Below are positions 1 to 8,042 of a stretch of DNA of 64,000 nucleotides, in pieces. Below the pieces are notes generated by a model that saw only the letters and a list, made by a program, of their open reading frames with translations, was not told the DNA's origin and did not search any database. Within the stretch, counting starts at the first letter, position 1. Each line of letters starts with the position of its first letter. Origin of the DNA: Clostridiaceae bacterium (GTDB lineage Bacteria > Bacillota > Clostridia > Saccharofermentanales > DTU023); NCBI GenBank assembly GCA_012518795.1, contig JAAYRL010000006.1, positions 64,346 through 128,345 on the forward strand, in the 5' to 3' direction. Made by a program: the position numbers and the translations under genes.

Positions 1-176
1 GTAGCACTGAGCATAAAATAACAAATAATAATTATTAACGGTATTATAATTGCTGCATCAAAAACTATTCCGCCATTTTCCTCTTGGAATTTGACTTTAC
101 TTTTACGATACACAATTTGTCTTTTTGTATCCTTTTGGCTTTTTATATCCTTTTGGCTTTTTGTATCCTTAAACAT
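1..176 (-). CDS. Partial CDS (first 58 codons, continues past the left window edge): small protein with a KSQKD(T/I) repeat followed by a TadE/pseudopilin-like hydrophobic N-terminal segment
   Basis: Not in the ORF track because it runs off the window. Minus-strand ATG at 176-174, AAGGAAG about 11 nt upstream, in-frame TAA further upstream. My translation: MFKDTKSQKDIKSQKDTKRQIVYRKSKVKFQEENGGIVFDAAIIIPLIIIICYFMLSAT. The segment FDAAIIIP has an acidic residue 6 positions before Pro, as in TadE-like N-termini. Confidence 0.45.
   Translation of the reverse strand, partial: MFKDTKSQKDIKSQKDTKRQIVYRKSKVKFQEENGGIVFDAAIIIPLIIIICYFMLSA
127..170 (-). repeat. 18-bp tandem repeat, about 2.5 copies (gtatccttttggcttttt), in frame inside the partial CDS
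   Basis: Units at 127-144 and 145-162, partial unit at 163-170. On the minus strand they encode the KSQKD(T/I) peptide repeat. Confidence 0.8.
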
Positions 177-282
177 TATCTGAAACTTCCTTGCATAATC
201 GCAGCCACTTTTTTAAAAACCGGTATATTACTGATGTTTTCCTTAGCATTATCTAGATTATCTCTATTTAACAAGAGTAAAT

Positions 283-350
283 TATGATTAAACAAGCATT
301 CTTATGATTAAACAAGCATTCTCTTGATTAAACAAACATATTTTTGATTA
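283..350. repeat. 20-bp tandem repeat, about 3.4 copies (tatgattaaacaagcattct)
   Basis: Identical units at 283-302 and 303-322, degenerate units at 323-342 and 343-350+. The last unit contains the stop codon (348-350) of the 508-aa gene. The array fills the gap before the next gene. Confidence 0.85.
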
Positions 351-1874
351 TTCTTCGCTAATATAATCTGAGAATTCCCTGCTTAAACGGAACGAGCTAT
401 TACGAAAATCTGCATCCAATTCAATAGCCGTAACATAACTTCCCGCTATCGTCTTTTTTCGCATATTATTAATTCCAATCAATAAATTTTCCTCCTTTTT
501 AAGCAAAGCAAACACTCGCATAAAATCCCGATAATTCAGTTCAAACTCTACCGGACCAAAAGCAAAAGAAATTTCTTCTCCCGCAACCAGCTGACTACAA
601 TCTGCAAAAGCTTGCGATAATGAATCAATTAATATTATTAAATATGTTAATGATTGTGGATCAATAACAACATGTCCCAGACTAACCGCCGCTATCGCTG
701 TACTGATCCCTGTCGCTTGCAGCAAATAATCAGACCGTTTCTCAGCATCGGTAAAATTGTCAATCAGATGATAGGTAAAGCAAATTCCTCTAATGCTCCA
801 TTTAGCTTTAGATGCTGCAGAATTAGGATTTTCGGTATTAAAAATAATCTGTTCAACTTCATTTTTTCTACCTGCTGCTCTTAAATCTGAATGTAATCTG
901 CCATCAGGTGTTTGAAGTTGAGTTTTGTTTCCTGATACTGCCAATTCCGTTACTTGCATCGGATAGTAATTGAACATATATTCCTGTAGCTGCAAGCGAC
1001 TGATTACCGGAATATCGTAATTAAACAATAATTGATCGGAAAAAGTCGCAATATTCTGTAATGAACTTGGGGCAAGCGGATTAGTCGGAACCTGATTCCC
1101 GGTTGACTCATACATTGGAATAATCATTGTCTTGGCGTCTTCAACTAAGTCATCTAAGATTCCCAAAGCTGTTTCTGATAAAGCATTGAGTTCAGTATTG
1201 GACATTTCTGATAATTTTTCTTGATCTTCTTGTTTAATTTCTACATCCAAATCATCGATATTCCCGGGAACTGAATCCGGATTATTGAGAATTGATTCCG
1301 GATCAAACAAATCGCTTTGTGAAGAAATTGCTGTTAAAACAGGACTGTTCGAGAGTTGTTCGCCTAGAATACCTACATCGGTTATTCTGTGAACTATTTC
1401 TTCAGTTAACAGAAAAGGTGCTCTTACACTCATATGGCGCAATATTTGTTTTCTCAACTGGTCGGGTTCATCAAGACTATGTAATGCTGAAAGTTCAATT
1501 CTAACCTTATGTTTGTCTGAAACAAAATTTTGCTCTATCTCATTTTTATGTTGGTTTAATAAATTACTCTCTACGCCCCACAAACCGAATTCATACCACA
1601 ATTGTCGATCATAATCTGCTAGAGTAAGTTCAAGACTGTTTTCACAACCGCGCACGAAATCAAGTTCATCTCTTCTTAATTGGGCATTTTCAAAAGTTAG
1701 AAATAAAATGGTTATTGTTGTCGGTAGCAATAGCAAAAAAAACAAGCTTATATTGGCCTCTTCAGACCTTAATTTATTTTTTAGTAATTTTATCCATTTT
1801 TGATTAAACGTCTGTAACTTCTTGTTATTACAATAATTCATAATTTTATTCCGCCTTATTCCCAGATTCCTCAT
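348..1874 (-). CDS. Hypothetical protein, 508 aa, with one N-terminal hydrophobic anchor (ISLFFLLLLPTTITILFLTF); function unknown
   Basis: Long uninterrupted ORF between two TadE-like small genes. I recognise no catalytic motifs. Start is ambiguous: the ATG at 1874 lies inside a tandem-repeat unit with no spaced SD, while the ATG at 1841 (M12) is preceded by AAGGCGGA 8 nt upstream. Confidence 0.75.
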   Translation of the reverse strand: MRNLGIRRNKIMNYCNNKKLQTFNQKWIKLLKNKLRSEEANISLFFLLLLPTTITILFLTFENAQLRRDELDFVRGCENSLELTLADYDRQLWYEFGLWGVESNLLNQHKNEIEQNFVSDKHKVRIELSALHSLDEPDQLRKQILRHMSVRAPFLLTEEIVHRITDVGILGEQLSNSPVLTAISSQSDLFDPESILNNPDSVPGNIDDLDVEIKQEDQEKLSEMSNTELNALSETALGILDDLVEDAKTMIIPMYESTGNQVPTNPLAPSSLQNIATFSDQLLFNYDIPVISRLQLQEYMFNYYPMQVTELAVSGNKTQLQTPDGRLHSDLRAAGRKNEVEQIIFNTENPNSAASKAKWSIRGICFTYHLIDNFTDAEKRSDYLLQATGISTAIAAVSLGHVVIDPQSLTYLIILIDSLSQAFADCSQLVAGEEISFAFGPVEFELNYRDFMRVFALLKKEENLLIGINNMRKKTIAGSYVTAIELDADFRNSSFRLSREFSDYISEE

Positions 1875-2028
1875 CTCTCAATTTTTTCATTCCGCAAATC
1901 TTTTCATTTCTCTATCTTTTCATTTCTCTATCTTTTCATTTCTCAAATCTCTCATTTCGCAAAATTTCTCATCTCGCAGATTTCTCATCTCGCAGATTCC
2001 TCATTCCCCAGATTTCTCATTCCACTAG
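1869..2028. repeat. About ten degenerate 16-17 bp tandem units (plus strand tttctcatctcgcaga; minus strand TCTGCGAGATGAGAAA)
   Basis: Read directly. Identical pairs at 1901-1916/1917-1932 and 1965-1980/1981-1996, degenerate units elsewhere. The array spans the 3' end of the 115-aa ORF, the intergenic gap and the annotated ATG of the 508-aa ORF. Confidence 0.9.
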
Positions 2029-2332
2029 CTTCTTTACTTAAACTGTTTTTCATATCCAAGCCAAGTGACATCATTTCTTTTACTTTTTGCGGATTGACCT
2101 GCAAATGAATAACTTCATTCTCATAATTAAATTCATATAGTGGTTGATTCTTCGGTTCGGCAATACGATCTTTTGCAATAATTTTTGCCTGTTGTTCAAT
2201 TCTCAACTCGATCGGTTTAACATAAAAAATAGCTTGAGCAAAAATGGTCATACATAAAGGAACACATAAAATTGCTTCTACACTTAACATCGAATTCCTC
2301 CTCATTACAGAATTTGTTTGAGATGTTTTCAA
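1985..2332 (-). CDS. TadE-like / pseudopilin-like small protein, 115 aa
   Basis: N-terminus RRNSMLSVEAILCVPLCMTIF matches the TadE-like pattern (V-E-x-x-L-x-x-P followed by a hydrophobic helix). The last ~14 codons are encoded by the 16-bp repeat array. Confidence 0.6.
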   Translation of the reverse strand: MKTSQTNSVMRRNSMLSVEAILCVPLCMTIFAQAIFYVKPIELRIEQQAKIIAKDRIAEPKNQPLYEFNYENEVIHLQVNPQKVKEMMSLGLDMKNSLSKEASGMRNLGNEESAR

Positions 2333-2599
2333 TTTTTCTCAGATAAGTTAGATGAATTAAATTAGATAAAATACAATATGAAATCTTATGAAATTAGATG
2401 AATGATATATGAAATGATATATGATTAGTTTACATGAATAAATGAATAAAATGAGTAAATTAATATTACTTGATCCATTATAATAATTATTAACATTAAG
2501 TAATCCGATTATTTTGAGAAACACTAACAAAATTGGTAAATCTTCAAAAAATAGCTGTGCAAAATTGTATTTCTTTTACAGCATTGGTTAAAGTACTGG

Positions 2600-2637
2600 T
2601 TGCGAAAAGCAAATTAGCTCAGCTTAAGATTCTGAGC
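2600..2637 (-). terminator. Candidate intrinsic terminator downstream of pheT
   Basis: Stem GCTCAG (2617-2622) / CTGAGC (2632-2637) with a 9-nt loop. On the minus strand it is followed by the T-rich run taatttgctttt. The stem is short, so confidence is low. Confidence 0.35.
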
Positions 2638-2663
2638 AGAAATTAGTTTTCCTTCTTCAGGCT

Positions 2664-2813
2664 TGCACACTTTTTAAGGTTAGACTGGATTTTCGCTGTA
2701 TGAACTTAAATAGTGTGCATGGGATCCTCTAAAACTGGAGTTTACGAGCTGGAGATGCACACTTTTTAAGGTTAGACTGGATTTCCGCTGTATGAACTTA
2801 AATAGTGTGCATG
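2664..2813. repeat. Two 58-bp direct repeats (2664-2721 and 2756-2813, 1 mismatch), each folding into a 14-bp-stem hairpin
   Basis: Unit: tgcacactttttaaggttagactggattt(t/c)cgctgtatgaacttaaatagtgtgcatg. Arms GCACACTTTTTAAG and CTTAAATAGTGTGC pair at 13 of 14 positions around a 26-nt loop. Located just 3' of the pheT stop. Confidence 0.85.
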
Positions 2814-2837
2814 TGCACGCTCTTTAATAAATTAATT

Positions 2838-5297
2838 TTAACCCCTTAAAACAATGTCTTTTTCTGTCATTTTAGAGATTATTTTTTGCATGATCGGGTT
2901 AATTTCTTGATCACTCAAAGTCCGTTCGGCTGCTCTGAATACTAAGGAAAATGCTACCGATTTTTTATCTTCTGCAATTCCTTCACCTTGATAAACGTCG
3001 AAAATTTGAATTGATTCCAAAAGGGAGCCTGCTAAATCTGCAATTTCAGTTTTAATCTCAGATACCAAAGTTTCTTGAGGCATAACAAATGCCAAATCTC
3101 TGGTGATTGAAGGATATTTAGGCAAAGCTTGGAAAATAATTTCTTCACGTTTTGATAGTAATAAGGGTTTGAGTTCTAAATCCAAAATATATGTGTTTGA
3201 TGTAACCCCAAATTCTTTCGCCACACTAGGATGAATAGTTCCAATAAAGCCAATCGACTCAGTATAATCCGGCAGATAAACTGATGCAGCCTGTCCCGGA
3301 TGATAATAAGGATAATCCTGACCTGCTCTGGCAACTTTGAATTGAGCTATTCCTAAATGACGGAAGAGTTCTTCCATTATCCCTTTTATTTCAAAATAGC
3401 CTTGTGAACTTTCTTTTAAATTCTGATCAAATAGAGCAACTGTGATATGGTCTCTTTCATCAGGTAAGTGTTCATCCGGATAATCAGCTGTTAAACCATA
3501 ATCCGGCATAGTATTAAGCGGATGATAGGTTTTACCCAATTCATAGAAAATACCGTTTGAATTACCATGAGCTAAATTATATTCAATAACTCGCAATAGG
3601 CTAGGAAGGATTGTAGTTCGCATTTTTGAATACTCTTCGCCTAAAGGATTAAGAATAGTCAATTGCTGACTCAAAACATGCTCGGAATCTAAACCGAGTC
3701 TAATAACATCTGTTGGTGAAACAAATGAATATGTATATGCTTCATATGCTCCACAAGCTTCTAAAACCCGGCGGATTTTCTCAATATCAAGTTGGATTTC
3801 ATTCCGACCGCCTAAAGTCGGCGTATTACCTTTACTAAAACGACTTTCAATTTTGTCATAACCATATATTCTGGCAACTTCTTCAGCTAAATCAGCTTCT
3901 AATTGTAAATCGTCTCTAAAATAAGGAATTGTCGCAGAATATATATCAGATACTTCAGTCGGTTCGATAACCAATTCTAATTTGCTTAGAATGTGATTAA
4001 TTTGTTCAATGTTTAAATCAATTCCGGTCAATTTATTAATACCCTGTGCTGTATATTCAATTTTGTGTAATTCAGGATATTCTGCTGCAACTTTGATTTC
4101 AGTACAGGCAACTTTACCACAATTTAACTCTTCAATTAAATAACAAGCATAATCCATTGCACGTTGGGCGTTTTGTGCAGGCAAACCTTTTTCAAAGCGC
4201 AGTGAAGCCTCGGAACGGATATTATATTCTTTTGCTGTTTTGCGTACTGAAGTTTTGGAAAAATTCGCCGCCTCAAATAATATCGCCCTGGTTGAATCTC
4301 TGACTTCAGAATTTTCGGCTCCCATTACTCCCGCCAAACCGACTGCTCCTGCAGTATCTGCAATTACCAAGTCTTCCGGATTCATTTTAATTTCGGTTCC
4401 GTCAAGTAACGTCATTTCTTCCTGCTCTTTAGCACGACGTACTATAATTGATTGATCTGTAAGAAAATCCAAGTCATAAGCGTGCATCGGTTGACCTAAA
4501 CTCAACATCACAAAATTTGTGATATCGACAATATTATTGATCGGTCTCATACCGGCAGCTCTTAATCTTTTTTGCATCCAAATCGGTGACGGCTCAATTA
4601 TGACATCCGTGACAACTCTACCGATAAAAGCCGGACATAAATCAGGCGCTTCTACCACAATTGACGCAAGATCTTCTGATTTCAGATCTGAAAATTTACT
4701 CGGTTTTTTATCTAATGGTGTAAATTCCACATCGAAAGTAACTGCTGTTTCTCTTGCTAAACCTTCAACTGCCAGACAATCCGGACGATTAGATGTTATT
4801 TCAAACTCAATGATTTCCTGACCGATACCCATAATATCTAAAGCATTCGCACCAATTGGTGAATCATCCGGCAAAACATAGATACCGTCGGATATTGCAT
4901 CCGGAAATTCATGGACCGAAAACCCTAATTCATCAATCGAACAGATCATACCGTTAGACTCTTCACCGCGCATTTTAGCTTTTTTGATTTTGAAACCACC
5001 TGCTAAAACCGCTCCCGGCAATGCTACTACAACTTTTTGTCCGGCATCTACATTCGGCGCACCACATACTATTTGCAAAACATCCGTACCGACATCAACC
5101 TGACAAACTGAAAGACGATCCGCATTCGGATGTTGATTTTTTTCTAAAACATACCCCACAACAACATTCTTCAGCTCTGCACCTTCAAGCTCAACCGATT
5201 CCACCTTGGTTCCGGATAAAGTCATGCCATCAACAAATTGCTTAACATCGCCTTGATAGTCGGTAAAATCTTTAATCCATTCTAAAGAAGCTTTCAT
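2838..5297 (-). CDS. pheT: Phenylalanine--tRNA ligase beta subunit
   Basis: About 820 aa, N-terminal tRNA-binding domain (MKASLEWIKDF...), full-length PheT architecture, immediately downstream of pheS. ATG at 5297 with GAGGG 7 nt upstream is preferred over the GTG at 5300. Confidence 0.97.
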   Translation of the reverse strand: MKASLEWIKDFTDYQGDVKQFVDGMTLSGTKVESVELEGAELKNVVVGYVLEKNQHPNADRLSVCQVDVGTDVLQIVCGAPNVDAGQKVVVALPGAVLAGGFKIKKAKMRGEESNGMICSIDELGFSVHEFPDAISDGIYVLPDDSPIGANALDIMGIGQEIIEFEITSNRPDCLAVEGLARETAVTFDVEFTPLDKKPSKFSDLKSEDLASIVVEAPDLCPAFIGRVVTDVIIEPSPIWMQKRLRAAGMRPINNIVDITNFVMLSLGQPMHAYDLDFLTDQSIIVRRAKEQEEMTLLDGTEIKMNPEDLVIADTAGAVGLAGVMGAENSEVRDSTRAILFEAANFSKTSVRKTAKEYNIRSEASLRFEKGLPAQNAQRAMDYACYLIEELNCGKVACTEIKVAAEYPELHKIEYTAQGINKLTGIDLNIEQINHILSKLELVIEPTEVSDIYSATIPYFRDDLQLEADLAEEVARIYGYDKIESRFSKGNTPTLGGRNEIQLDIEKIRRVLEACGAYEAYTYSFVSPTDVIRLGLDSEHVLSQQLTILNPLGEEYSKMRTTILPSLLRVIEYNLAHGNSNGIFYELGKTYHPLNTMPDYGLTADYPDEHLPDERDHITVALFDQNLKESSQGYFEIKGIMEELFRHLGIAQFKVARAGQDYPYYHPGQAASVYLPDYTESIGFIGTIHPSVAKEFGVTSNTYILDLELKPLLLSKREEIIFQALPKYPSITRDLAFVMPQETLVSEIKTEIADLAGSLLESIQIFDVYQGEGIAEDKKSVAFSLVFRAAERTLSDQEINPIMQKIISKMTEKDIVLRG

Positions 5298-5307
5298 CAC
5301 TCTACCC

Positions 5308-6354
5308 TCACTTACTGAATTGCTCTAAGAAACGCAAATCATTTTCATAGAAATTTCTGATATCGGTTACATCATAACGACCCATGGCCACACGTTCTAC
5401 ACCTATACCGAAAGCAAAACCTGTATATTTCTTCGAATCAATACCGCAGTTTTCCAAAACTTCCGGATGAACCATACCTCCACCTAAAATTTCGATATAT
5501 CCTTCACCACGACAAGTTTTACAATTCGGATCATCTCCGCGGCAAGTCCAACATGAAATATCTACTTCACAACTTGGTTCAGTAAACGGAAAATGATGCG
5601 GTCTTAAACGGATCTTAGTTTGTTTACCGAACAATCTTCTGGCAAAAAGCTCTAAAGCAGCAACTAAATCCGTCATACTAAGATTTTCATCAACCGCTAA
5701 ACCTTCAATCTGATGAAAAATCGGTGAATGAGTGGCATCTACTGCGTCGGAACGATAGACCCTACCCGGACAAACTATATAAATAGGAGGTTTCTGTTGA
5801 TTCATTACTCTGATTTGCACCGGTGAAGTCTGCGATCTTAGTAAAACACCATTTTCATAATCAAGATAAAATGTATCTTGTTCATCACGTGCAGGATGAC
5901 CTTTCGGCAGGCGCAGCATTTCAAAATTAAAAAGATCCAGTTCCACGTCCGGTCCTTCAGCTATTGTATAACCTAAACCGATAAAAGTATCGCAAATTTC
6001 ATTCGACATCAAAGTCAGAGGATGACTGCCACCAACTTTAACCGCTTTGCCGGGCATACTGATATCAAGCATTTCACTTGCAATCTTTAATTGTTCAGCT
6101 TTAGCAGTCAAATCGTCTTGCTTTTCAGAAATTTTTTGTTCAACAAATTGACGTGTTTTGTTAGCAGCTTGCCCTAATTTCGGTTTATCTTCAGCAGAAA
6201 GACGCCCCATGTTTTTCATAATAGAGGTTATTTCACCTTTTTTGCCTAATAATTTAACCCTGATATTTTCAAGTTCCTGTTGATCAACAATGGAATTAAT
6301 ACTAGCTCGGAATTTATCTTCAATCGCTTTTAATTCGGATAATAACTGATCCAT
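5308..6354 (-). CDS. pheS: Phenylalanine--tRNA ligase alpha subunit
   Basis: Class II aaRS motifs (FRxD-like RVYRSD, FTEPSCEVD, GFAFGIGVERV). Start moved to the ATG at 6354 (MDQLLSELK) with a GGAGGG SD. The 18-codon upstream extension in the ORF track lacks an SD. Confidence 0.96.
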   Translation of the reverse strand: MDQLLSELKAIEDKFRASINSIVDQQELENIRVKLLGKKGEITSIMKNMGRLSAEDKPKLGQAANKTRQFVEQKISEKQDDLTAKAEQLKIASEMLDISMPGKAVKVGGSHPLTLMSNEICDTFIGLGYTIAEGPDVELDLFNFEMLRLPKGHPARDEQDTFYLDYENGVLLRSQTSPVQIRVMNQQKPPIYIVCPGRVYRSDAVDATHSPIFHQIEGLAVDENLSMTDLVAALELFARRLFGKQTKIRLRPHHFPFTEPSCEVDISCWTCRGDDPNCKTCRGEGYIEILGGGMVHPEVLENCGIDSKKYTGFAFGIGVERVAMGRYDVTDIRNFYENDLRFLEQFSK

Positions 6355-6572
6355 AATCCCTCCACATTTTCCTAATAAATTAACAATGCATATCATAACA
6401 TTTATCAAAAAAAAATCCGAATTCAGTTTAAAATAGTCTTAACTAAAAACAAAATACACAAAATATAATAATCTATTCGTAATTCACTTATAATTTACGA
6501 TAGATCGGCTAAGTTTTTTAGTTTTGATAAGGGTACATAAACAGCGATTTTATTGAATTCGCATGTATTCAC

Positions 6573-6647
6573 ATACTATAGATAATTCAAGTACCAAATA
6601 CTATAGATAATTCAAGTACCACATACTATAGATAATTAAAGTACCAA
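6573..6647. repeat. 25-bp tandem repeat x3 (atactatagataattcaagtaccaa)
   Basis: Units at 6573-6597, 6598-6622 and 6623-6647, with 1-2 mismatches. Located between the MBL hydrolase stop and the pheS 5' region. Confidence 0.9.
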
Positions 6648-6659
6648 AGGCTGAACTAA

Positions 6660-7307
6660 TTACAAAAATTGTCTGATAAAAGGATTGAAACGAAAAGCAT
6701 CTTGAATTAAAAATGGTGAACCATGTCCCGGTAATACCGGCAAATCTTGCGGTAAGTTTTGCATTATTTTAGTTAATCGGGCAAGCGATTTTTCCATATC
6801 GGCAGGATTACCACCTTTGAGATCAGTACGTCCGATGCTGTTGGAAAACAATGTATCACCTGATATTAAAGCCAGCGGTTGATAAACATCATCATTTTTA
6901 ATTTGTAACAACATGCTGGAACAACCCGGACAATGTCCCGGTGTGTGATATATAATTAATCTTAAATCAGGTTCAAGCTGGATCTTTTCCTGATCCGTAT
7001 AATAATAGTCGGCAGCAGGATATCTGGTCGCATTACCGAACATCATTGAACAATTTGCTTCCGGATCTGTTAGCAAAGGAATATCACCCTCGGGCATCAT
7101 AAAATCTACATGAGTTTTTTCACGCCAAACTTCAACTTGACTGATATGATCATAATGAAAATGAGTCGCGATTATACCGTTGAGCTTTTCTGCTATTCTG
7201 TTGTCATAAGGAATTGAAGGATCAATTAAGTAATCCTGAGTGCCATGAATTATATAAGAATTCGCATGATCCCAGGATTCAGGAATATAAGAAATTGTGT
7301 TTTTCAT
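6660..7307 (-). CDS. MBL-fold metallo-hydrolase (glyoxalase II / hydroxyacylglutathione hydrolase-like)
   Basis: HxHxDH motif (THFHYDHIS), downstream His and Asp ligands (HTPGHCPG, SGDTLF, PGHG), about 215 aa. Confidence 0.85.
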   Translation of the reverse strand: MKNTISYIPESWDHANSYIIHGTQDYLIDPSIPYDNRIAEKLNGIIATHFHYDHISQVEVWREKTHVDFMMPEGDIPLLTDPEANCSMMFGNATRYPAADYYYTDQEKIQLEPDLRLIIYHTPGHCPGCSSMLLQIKNDDVYQPLALISGDTLFSNSIGRTDLKGGNPADMEKSLARLTKIMQNLPQDLPVLPGHGSPFLIQDAFRFNPFIRQFL

Positions 7308-7334
7308 ATCTAACTCTCATCAGTGGGATTAATT

Positions 7335-7724
7335 TCAGCGGATTAATTCACGCCAATCAAGATCTCCACGATCAACAGCTAAAATCAGTATTTCAGCAGT
7401 CGCAACATTAGTTGCTAACGGAATACTGTTAACATCACAAGCCTTTAAAAGAGAATTCGGTGTATCATAAGTACGGAGCAACGGATCTCTTAAGTAAACA
7501 ACTGCATCTATCTCATTATAGTGTGCCTTTGCTGCCAGTTGTTCGATACTTGCCGACATATCTGTAGTAAGTGTTTCAACCATCAAATCCGTATTTTCAT
7601 GGATTGTACGGGATATATTAAAAAGTGAAATTAAATGATGTTTCGCCAAAATTTGTCGGTAAGCAATACAGAAATTCACTAATAAGTCATATTTTCTCGT
7701 ATCTGCAATGAGAACAATATTCAC
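7335..7724 (-). CDS. Methylglyoxal synthase-like (MGS-like) domain protein, catalytic residues diverged
   Basis: Aligns along its whole length to MgsA (NIVLIAD..., YLRDPL, SIPLATNVATAEIL). The AHD, TGTTG, GGDQQ and PHxPD motifs are replaced by ADT, FNISR, SASIEQ and TYDTPN. GTG at 7724 with GGGGAG 6 nt upstream is preferred over the GTG at 7730. Confidence 0.75.
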   Translation of the reverse strand: MNIVLIADTRKYDLLVNFCIAYRQILAKHHLISLFNISRTIHENTDLMVETLTTDMSASIEQLAAKAHYNEIDAVVYLRDPLLRTYDTPNSLLKACDVNSIPLATNVATAEILILAVDRGDLDWRELIR

Positions 7725-8042
7725 AGCCACCTCCCCAAATTATAATAAAAATATACTTTATACATAATAACTAAAAAAAACAATTATTTCAAGATTTTTT
7801 TGCTTAAATTTGCCTATAATCAAATTGCATATTAAATATAAATTCTATTTTATTTCGTTATTTAATTAACTAAATTCAATTATCCTTTTTCTGTGATTTT
7901 TAAGATTATTAAATCCATATGATATAATTATGGCTAACTTTAACAAAGTTAATGTTTACATAAGAAGTAATGATTATCAATACTGATCAGTCTTTGATTC
8001 TTAATTTGACTTCCGAATTATTTAGTTAATAAAGGTGAACAA

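Noticed and set aside
84-287. 67-aa plus-strand ORF at the left edge
   Set aside because: It is built largely from tandem-repeat sequence and lies antisense to a better-supported minus-strand partial CDS (1-176) and its upstream region. It has no SD.
1869-2028. The 16-bp array as a translated repeat or as a frameshift switch fusing the 115-aa and 508-aa ORFs
   Set aside because: Every unit contains ATGA on the coding strand, so all three frames meet a TGA within about three units. No copy number would produce a fusion.
2664-2813. Repeat-spacer-repeat layout as a mini CRISPR array
   Set aside because: Only two copies, a 58-bp unit that is far longer than CRISPR repeats, no cas genes, and each unit is itself a long hairpin.
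5308-6408. N-terminally extended ORF-track starts (pheS 6408, aroQ 12734, coaD 38601, nrdR 46075, ftsZ 47650, ribF 63007, the ABC ATPase 22393, lipoprotein 33994, coiled-coil 38054)
   Set aside because: In each case an internal ATG with a well-spaced GGAGG-type SD gives the canonical family N-terminus. The extension overlaps the upstream gene or lacks an SD.
6573-6647. GTGGTAC-like strings in the 25-bp repeats as a possible T-box core for pheS
   Set aside because: Only 7 nt match. They are repeated three times as part of a tandem array, lie 220-290 nt upstream of the start, and have no adjacent terminator/antiterminator pair.
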